Part shown: positions 26,184 through 32,000 of the stretch, piece by piece
Position numbering within the stretch: the first letter of the stretch is position 1
Layout: each line of letters starts with the position of its first letter
Position numbers and translations under genes: made by a program
The notes under the pieces: generated by a model
Told to the model about the DNA's origin: nothing
What the model saw: the letters and a program-made list of their open reading frames with translations, nothing else
Database searches by the model: none
Source of the DNA: Pyrobaculum sp.
Lineage (GTDB): Archaea; Thermoproteota; Thermoprotei; Thermoproteales; Thermoproteaceae
Direction of reading: 5' to 3'
Assembly (NCBI GenBank): GCA_038832545.1
Contig: JAWBJM010000002.1
Span: 1-32,000 of the forward strand
Length of the DNA: 32,000 bases

Positions 26184-27295
26184 AGTTGTAGTACCTCAAG
26201 TGGCCTTAACTTGGCCAGTCTATAAAGCGGTGCTAGAGAGCCAATTAACGCCACGGCGAGCGATATGCCCAGCCCTTGCGCTATATATGACTGTTTGAAA
26301 TATATGGGGACGTTGAAATCTATCCCCATGCTGGTTAAAATATCTCTTACTATCTGCGCTCCGTAGAAGCCCACGAGGAGTCCAATTAAGCCGCCTATGA
26401 GAGCTATTATAAGAACTTCGAGTACTACTGACAGCACTATCTCTCTAGCCGATATACCAATCGCCTTTAATAATCCAAATTCTCTCAATCTCTCTCTGGC
26501 GGTTATCGACATCACTGAGAAGGTAGTCAAAGCGGCGGCTGTTAGAGCCGTCCCGCTGATTATAGAAAATACTGTATTTAAGGCGCTAAAGACTTGCGAC
26601 ACTGCCTTAAGCAGACTTTCTTGTGTGTATACTTGCGCCTCTCTATACGTATCTTTTAGTACGTAGTAAAACGCCACGGCGTCGGATTTATCTTTCATAG
26701 TGATGAGAATTGCATTTACAAAAGGACCGGTACCTAAGCTATCTTGTAACCAGTCTAGGGGGACTACGACAAGGTTTAGTCTAAAGGCTCCTACGAAGCC
26801 CTTTAGGAAACTACGCATCACCCCCACTACCTTAACTCTTAGCGTCTTTTCACCGCCGTATCCCAGGTAGACCTTTATTGAGAGGACCTCACCTGGTCTT
26901 ACGGCCAGGGACTCCTCCACTACTGCCTCGCCTGGCGCAATTGGGAGTCTTCCCTCTCTTAAGTCAATTGCAAAGTAGTCAATTTCTCTAAGCGGCACGC
27001 CAATTATAGACACTATTGTCCCGTTATATATACCAGTCATAATGATAATACCCTCTGCGTTTTCCACTTGTGGAATCTTCCTAATCGATTCAACAAGCTG
27101 GGTGGGAATATTTATAGACTCGGAGTATATCATTAAGTCGGCGGGGTACACTCTGTATAGCATCTGCTCTACGTACAACTTCGTGGCGTCGCTAACCGCC
27201 GTCAACGCTATCGTCAAAGCCACGCCTACTGTAATAGCCAGCGTGGCTAATAAATAACGGACATATCTAGCTTTGAAATCTCCCGCCGCCAGCAT
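26174..27295 (-). CDS. ABC transporter permease, FtsX/MacB-type
   Basis: N-terminal TM, a ~200-aa extracytoplasmic domain, then a C-terminal FtsX-type 3-TM bundle (RERLREFGLLKAIGISAREIV...). I prefer ATG 27295 (MLAAGDFKARY...) over the track start at 27346, which would cross the divergent promoter. Confidence 0.85.
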   Translation of the reverse strand: MLAAGDFKARYVRYLLATLAITVGVALTIALTAVSDATKLYVEQMLYRVYPADLMIYSESINIPTQLVESIRKIPQVENAEGIIIMTGIYNGTIVSIIGVPLREIDYFAIDLREGRLPIAPGEAVVEESLAVRPGEVLSIKVYLGYGGEKTLRVKVVGVMRSFLKGFVGAFRLNLVVVPLDWLQDSLGTGPFVNAILITMKDKSDAVAFYYVLKDTYREAQVYTQESLLKAVSQVFSALNTVFSIISGTALTAAALTTFSVMSITARERLREFGLLKAIGISAREIVLSVVLEVLIIALIGGLIGLLVGFYGAQIVRDILTSMGIDFNVPIYFKQSYIAQGLGISLAVALIGSLAPLYRLAKLRPLEVLQLWR

Positions 27296-27379
27296 AACAA
27301 CATGATGCACAGAAAAACCCCCTGGCGAGTTTAAATTCTTTTGCAAAAAAGTAAAAAACCTAAAGACGTTAGCTCTGGA

Positions 27380-29941
27380 GTGAAGAAATACATAGCCGTG
27401 GCCTTTGTAGTGTTGGCCTCTTTTATTTACCTAGCTCTTTACTCTAATCAAGTTTTTAACTATCTAGTATACGACGAAGGAGAACTAATGCCGCCGAATT
27501 CGGAGCTAAAATTAGTTGAAAAAATTATTTCGTCTAATTCCACAAATCTTAAAGAAGTGCCAGTTTTGATATACGGCCCGGGAGTAGAGGCGAAGGCCAG
27601 ACTTCTCTCTAGTCTATACCCAGACTCAATTACGCCGTGGAGTATCTTAGACAAAGCCATAGACTTATATCAAAAGAAGGTGGAGGAGATTGTAGATAAT
27701 TATACAAATATATTTATCAATACTACAACGTTGATCGTAGATGAGACATCAAGACTTTGTACAGAGTTGGAGCGTTTAGCTGAGGCCTATAGAGAGGCTA
27801 AGAGATATGCAGAGTTTTTAATCTTAGCTACGTACGGCATAGCTGCGTCTGGGTCGGCTATTGATAATAAAACCGAGAGGTTTTTAACACTATATAGACA
27901 ATATCTTGAACAATACGATATAGATACTGCTGTGAGAAAGGCAGCTGATATAGCGTATGGCAATGTATCTAAATTTTTAAAAAATGTAAATTGGCGCAAC
28001 TGGGCCTCTGTATCTACAGTTGAGAAAATTGTTGAAGAAATACTACTAGATAAATTAAATAAGACATTAATAGATCTTGCAAGAGAAGTAGATAAACTAG
28101 GTGTTGAACAATATATGTATATATCAATTCTTAATAAAACACCGCCTGGGCTAAGGCCTTATTTACCATATTTAGTATGTGGCGGCGATGTGCAAAAAGT
28201 AGCTGCCATATTTAGGGCAGAGTTGTTGAAAAACATTACGTCTAGATTTCCGCCGCCTAATCTATATACATTACAAGAAGCCGCTATGTTTGTGAGAAAT
28301 AATACTTACGTCTTGGCGTTGGTTAGGTCTGAAAACACTCCCGCAGTCCCCCGAGATATTGGCATAGCTGTGTCCACTGAGACACTTCTAAAAAGCTTTA
28401 CTGAAGTGGTTACTGAAGATGTTTCAAAGATAGACAAAGCTACGGCATTAGCCATGTTCGTCGTATTGTTGTATGTAATGGGGACGTTGCTCACACCTCT
28501 TTTAATAATTTCAACAGTTGGGTTGACATATCTATCTACTCTGGGGTTTTTCTACCAGATACACAGTATTCAGCCGATCTACTATCTGGTTGTATACATG
28601 TCGGCGCCTGTTATATTCGCAATAGGAGTAGATTATATGTTATTAATGGCTAGTAGATACGCAGAGGAACGTGCAAGAGGCTTAAGTAGAGACGAGGCGG
28701 TGAAGTCTGTCAGGGCGTATGCAAACAGGGCAATTGCGGCTAGTGCGGCAGTTGTAGCAACTGCGTTGGGCTCATTCGCCTTGTCTCACCTCCCATTTAT
28801 GCAATCTATAGGTGTGGGTTATTTAATCACAACTGCTTTTATCACAGCCGCTGTGTTTTTTATATTTCCTATGTATTTAACACTTCTAGGCGATAGGATA
28901 TTCTGGCCGAAAAAAACCTTGGCTACCCATGGGGGAAGGTCGCGGATGTTAGAGAAGGCTGTAGACACCGCTTTGAGAAAGCCGCTTATTATTGTTATAG
29001 CTTCCGCCTTAGTGACTCTAGTCTCTTTTCTATTTTTATTAACTACGCTTCAAATCACGGCAAATCCCGTAGTCGCCATGCCGGAGACAGAGGAGAAGAA
29101 GGCTTTGGAGATATTGTCTAGATACTTCGCAGATATTTCAGCTATCTCGAAGACATACGTCGTTATGAAATCAGAGCCATCTACTTCTCTACTAAACGAG
29201 ATAGAGAAGTTGCCGCATTTCGTTAACTATACGGTATACAATAGGGGTGAGTGGCACGTCGTCGAGATTAAACTCTCAGTCGAAGACACATCAGACGCCC
29301 TACTTGATGTATACAAAAGACTTGACGAGTTAAGAGTTGAGTTTGGAGAGTTTTTAATAGGCGGCGCAGCGGCGTGGAAACATATAATATTTGAAGAGAT
29401 CTATGTAAAATTCTGGAATTTCCAAGTATTTGTTGTAATACTCGCAGTATACCTCATCTTGATGTTTTTATTAAAAAGTTTTATAATACCGGCGAGGCTT
29501 CTCATAACAGTATTTATGTCAATTAGTTGGAGCCTTGCGCTAGAGGTGTTGATATTTCAAGAGATTATGGCTACGCCTACGTATTGGTTAGTCCCCATTA
29601 TTCTATTCTCTTTCCTATTAGCCATAGGCACAGACTATGACATTTTTATAGTGGCTCGTATAAAAGAAGAATTAGAAAAAGGACTTGATGAGAAGGAGGC
29701 CATTAGACGTGCTATTGTGTCCACGGGGCCTGTTATAACAGGTGCGGCTATAATTTTAGCAGTTGCATTTTCTACACTTTTGACATCTCAACTATCTCTA
29801 TTACAACAGGCTGGTTTTACAATTGCTATCGCAGCTTTGATAGACGCCTTTATAATAAGGCCTTTGGTAGTACCTGCGTTTATGGTAGTCGCTGGTAGGT
29901 ACAATTGGTTTTGGTTTGATAATATTTTAAAAAATAAATAA
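27380..29941 (+). CDS. MMPL / RND-superfamily exporter with a large helical N-terminal extracytoplasmic domain
   Basis: Duplicated MMPL core motifs GVDYMLLMASRYAEE and GTDYDIFIVARIKEE, each within a 6-TM bundle. The first loop of ~330 aa is helical and rich in N-x-S/T. The GTG 27380 start (MKKYIAVAFVVL...) is preferred; the alternative is TTG 27341. Confidence 0.85.
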   Translation: MKKYIAVAFVVLASFIYLALYSNQVFNYLVYDEGELMPPNSELKLVEKIISSNSTNLKEVPVLIYGPGVEAKARLLSSLYPDSITPWSILDKAIDLYQKKVEEIVDNYTNIFINTTTLIVDETSRLCTELERLAEAYREAKRYAEFLILATYGIAASGSAIDNKTERFLTLYRQYLEQYDIDTAVRKAADIAYGNVSKFLKNVNWRNWASVSTVEKIVEEILLDKLNKTLIDLAREVDKLGVEQYMYISILNKTPPGLRPYLPYLVCGGDVQKVAAIFRAELLKNITSRFPPPNLYTLQEAAMFVRNNTYVLALVRSENTPAVPRDIGIAVSTETLLKSFTEVVTEDVSKIDKATALAMFVVLLYVMGTLLTPLLIISTVGLTYLSTLGFFYQIHSIQPIYYLVVYMSAPVIFAIGVDYMLLMASRYAEERARGLSRDEAVKSVRAYANRAIAASAAVVATALGSFALSHLPFMQSIGVGYLITTAFITAAVFFIFPMYLTLLGDRIFWPKKTLATHGGRSRMLEKAVDTALRKPLIIVIASALVTLVSFLFLLTTLQITANPVVAMPETEEKKALEILSRYFADISAISKTYVVMKSEPSTSLLNEIEKLPHFVNYTVYNRGEWHVVEIKLSVEDTSDALLDVYKRLDELRVEFGEFLIGGAAAWKHIIFEEIYVKFWNFQVFVVILAVYLILMFLLKSFIIPARLLITVFMSISWSLALEVLIFQEIMATPTYWLVPIILFSFLLAIGTDYDIFIVARIKEELEKGLDEKEAIRRAIVSTGPVITGAAIILAVAFSTLLTSQLSLLQQAGFTIAIAALIDAFIIRPLVVPAFMVVAGRYNWFWFDNILKNK

Positions 29942-29950
29942 CAATGGACC

Positions 29951-30130
29951 GTGGACACGATCTACCGCATTTTAAGTGATTTAGGAGAGGCAGATCTCGA
30001 AACTATTATAAAAGTAGCTGCGGCGCGGGGGGTTCCTCCAGTAGTAGCCTCGAGGCTTTTACAAAGACTTATAGAACTAGGCCGTGTTGAGGCTATCTGT
30101 GGGCCATCTATTAGGTATAGAGCTAGATGA
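29951..30130 (+). CDS. Small winged-helix-like protein (59 aa): MDTIYRILSDLGEADLETIIKVAAARGVPPVVASRLLQRLIELGRVEAICGPSIRYRAR
   Basis: Hand translation from GTG 29951, 9 nt after the MMPL stop. Its stop overlaps the next ATG (ATGA at 30127-30130). It shows a helix-turn-helix plus wing pattern. Below the track cutoff. Confidence 0.5.
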   Translation: MDTIYRILSDLGEADLETIIKVAAARGVPPVVASRLLQRLIELGRVEAICGPSIRYRAR

Positions 30131-30729
30131 ACTTTATACTCAGCTTCTGGGGTCTATTAGTCAACTACGTGGACTTTTGGGAAGTCTGGAGAGAAGTTGT
30201 AGAGTTAGATATAGAGGTTATAGATATTTTAAAGGAGATAAATAGAGAGGGCTACGAGACGCCTTTGAGATTAGTGGCGAAGATTATTTCTAAAAAAATA
30301 AATGTCTCTAATATAACTTTAGAAAAAGAGTTTGTTGATAAGGTGTATGCCATAATGAAGCCAAAGCGATGTTCGATAGAGTTTATCTCGTGGCTTAGAG
30401 GCTTTGGTAGATTTGGAGTGTTGTCTAATACTCAATGCAAGTGTTTTATAAAGGATTTTTTTACCCACGTTGGCATACATCCTGACGTATTAGTTACGTC
30501 TGACTCGATTATTTTAAGAAAGCCACGTAGGTCAGTTTTTAGATATATTCTTAAGAGAATTAAAGCAGAGCCCTACAACACAATATACATTGGAGACAGT
30601 TTTGAAGACCTCGGCGCCATGGGGGTGGGTATGTTTACAGTGATAGTGGGAGAGAGCGGTGGCCATATGAATTTTAGCGATCTATGCGAAGCGTGGCGAT
30701 GGCTCAGGGAGAGTTTAACAAAAGACTAA
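30127..30729 (+). CDS. HAD-superfamily-like protein with a degenerate motif I
   Basis: Motif II GVLSNT, a motif III Lys region (RKPRRSVFRYIL) and motif IV IYIGDSFEDL are recognisable. The expected N-terminal DxDGT is replaced by ILSFWGLLVNY. Confidence 0.6.
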   Translation: MNFILSFWGLLVNYVDFWEVWREVVELDIEVIDILKEINREGYETPLRLVAKIISKKINVSNITLEKEFVDKVYAIMKPKRCSIEFISWLRGFGRFGVLSNTQCKCFIKDFFTHVGIHPDVLVTSDSIILRKPRRSVFRYILKRIKAEPYNTIYIGDSFEDLGAMGVGMFTVIVGESGGHMNFSDLCEAWRWLRESLTKD

Positions 30730-30753
30730 AATATTAGACTCGGAAATTTTGGA

Positions 30754-30972
30754 GTGATTACTTGTCCACGTTGTGGCTTGCCTGAGTGGGAGGCAATGCC
30801 CCCACCACATACATATCGACATAGAGGGCCTGAAAATACAGTTATGATTGCAAGATGTATGAACTGCGGCATAGTGTTTTATATCTTCAGAACTTCTCTA
30901 GATACATATACTCTAGAAATTGAGAAAGCTGAGCGTAAACACGGAGTGGTGCCCCACATAGATCTAAAATGA
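30754..30972 (+). CDS. Small zinc-ribbon protein (72 aa)
   Basis: CPRC...CMNC pairs, GTG start. Its stop overlaps the start of the downstream PP-loop ATPase gene by 4 nt. Confidence 0.55.
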   Translation: MITCPRCGLPEWEAMPPPHTYRHRGPENTVMIARCMNCGIVFYIFRTSLDTYTLEIEKAERKHGVVPHIDLK

Positions 30973-31946
30973 TTTGCACGAGGTGTGGGAAGAGAGATGC
31001 CCAATACTTAAGAGCAGTAAGCGGAGAGAAATTATGCCTCCGCTGCCTCTTTAACTCAATTGAGAGAAAAGTCGTTGAGACTATAAAAACCCAGAGGTTG
31101 ATACAGCCGGGAGACTACGTGGGCATTGCAGTGTCTGGGGGGAAGGATAGTCTTGTGTTATTGTATATACTTGGTAAACTAAAACAAAAAGGTGTTTTAA
31201 ACAATGTAAAATTTGAAGCATTTACTATAAACGAGGGGCATCCATACAGTTGTTTCTATAGAATGGCGCGGCGCGACTACGTTAGAGAATTGGCAGAGAA
31301 ATTCGGCGTGGAGTATCAAGTATATCATTTTAGAGATATCTACGGCGTCACGGCGTTAGAAGTTTCAGAAAGGCTCGCAAAGGCAGGGTATGAAATCCAT
31401 ATGTGTACAATAGATGGAGTCTTGAGGAGAAGAGCTATGAATATAATTGGGAAGAAGAGGGGGTGGACGAAAATAGCTACTGCTCACAACTTAGACGATG
31501 AGGCTCAGACAGTTCTCCTCAATGTGTTAATGGGTAATTTAACGCGCTTTCTTTGGCACGGAGTGTACGACGACGCCGAGGAGAAAGACTTAATTCCAAG
31601 GATAAAACCGCTTAAATATATAAGAGAGGAAGAAATAGCTCTCTACGCCTATTACAACGGCTTACCACTAATGGAGCTAGAATGTCCCTATGTCGTTTCA
31701 AACCCAAGATATGATTTAAAGTTTCTATTGGCAGAGCTAGAGAAAGACATGCCCTCTGTGAAATACAACCTTGTGTCGTTTGGCGAGAAATTAGCCCGTA
31801 CGTTAAAGTCGTCAACTCATGAATGGCGTATACGTCGTTGTAGACACTGTGGCGCGTCGACGTCAAGAGACGTATGTAGAGTGTGTGATATTTTTAGTAA
31901 AGCCGGTTTGTTAGATATATATTTACAAAAAATATCAAATGTTTAA
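30969..31946 (+). CDS. PP-loop ATPase, TtuA/Ncs6(NcsA)-like tRNA 2-thiolation enzyme
   Basis: N-terminal Zn finger CTRCGK...CLRC, PP-loop IAVSGGKDSLVLLYIL, ATAHNLDDEAQT, and a C-terminal Zn finger CRHCG...CRVC. Confidence 0.82.
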   Translation: MICTRCGKRDAQYLRAVSGEKLCLRCLFNSIERKVVETIKTQRLIQPGDYVGIAVSGGKDSLVLLYILGKLKQKGVLNNVKFEAFTINEGHPYSCFYRMARRDYVRELAEKFGVEYQVYHFRDIYGVTALEVSERLAKAGYEIHMCTIDGVLRRRAMNIIGKKRGWTKIATAHNLDDEAQTVLLNVLMGNLTRFLWHGVYDDAEEKDLIPRIKPLKYIREEEIALYAYYNGLPLMELECPYVVSNPRYDLKFLLAELEKDMPSVKYNLVSFGEKLARTLKSSTHEWRIRRCRHCGASTSRDVCRVCDIFSKAGLLDIYLQKISNV

Positions 31947-31948
31947 AT

Positions 31949-31980
31949 TTATACAATTACTATCTTCAGTAATTGTATAA
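31949..31980. repeat. Perfect 13-bp inverted repeat (TTATACAATTACT / AGTAATTGTATAA) with a 6-nt loop
   Basis: Verified base by base. It begins 3 nt after the stop of the TtuA-like gene, and a short T-run follows at 31995-31998. It could be a terminator hairpin or a protein-binding palindrome. Confidence 0.6.
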
Positions 31981-32000
31981 TGAAGACCAAATTCTTTTAA

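Noticed and set aside
26017-28494. ORFs 26017-26199(-), 26397-26666(+), 27042-27257(+), 27460-27660(-), 27787-27999(-), 28306-28494(-)
   Set aside because: They are alternative-frame or antisense ORFs inside the ABC ATPase, FtsX permease and MMPL genes.
30754-30972. 72-aa protein upstream of the TtuA-like gene as a TtuB/ubiquitin-like sulfur carrier
   Set aside because: It ends in ...HIDLK rather than a C-terminal Gly-Gly, and it has a zinc-ribbon Cys pattern instead of a beta-grasp-like sequence.

Overview
The window looks like chromosomal DNA from a Thermoproteales-type crenarchaeon (Pyrobaculum/Thermoproteus-like). Three things support this: a complete crenactin/arcadin (arcade) cytoskeleton cluster, tRNA genes with two introns each, and TATA boxes about 24 nt upstream of start codons, which implies leaderless mRNAs. 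Most of the window is housekeeping: peptide ABC permeases, ribosomal proteins S13 and S4, an Ntn-type asparaginase, DUF72, three tRNAs, rpoP, NMN adenylyltransferase, agmatinase, GlyRS, tRNA-splicing endonuclease, Hsp20, a nitroreductase, a TrmB-like regulator, a Tes/GDGT-MAS-like radical SAM enzyme and a TtuA-like PP-loop ATPase. I added several features by hand that fall below the 60-aa ORF-track cutoff: a 45-aa peptide ORF, rpoP, arcadin-3, a 59-aa wHTH protein, a C/D box sRNA and the three tRNAs. The best candidate for a novel system is at 5202-7576: a leaderless 45-aa two-Cys peptide, a twitch-like radical SAM enzyme and an MFS exporter. This is a RiPP-like layout, and it sits between GC-rich non-coding stretches next to the tRNA cluster. 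The second candidate is a divergent envelope-export cluster at 23614-29941: FtsX permease, ABC ATPase, a 603-aa helical surface protein, and an MMPL/RND-type exporter. Other notable points are a cation-efflux (CDF) gene broken into three ORFs and an asparaginase whose conserved N-terminus lies upstream of any canonical start codon. No CRISPR array, transposase or integrase was seen. All calls rest on reading and hand translation; no database search was run.
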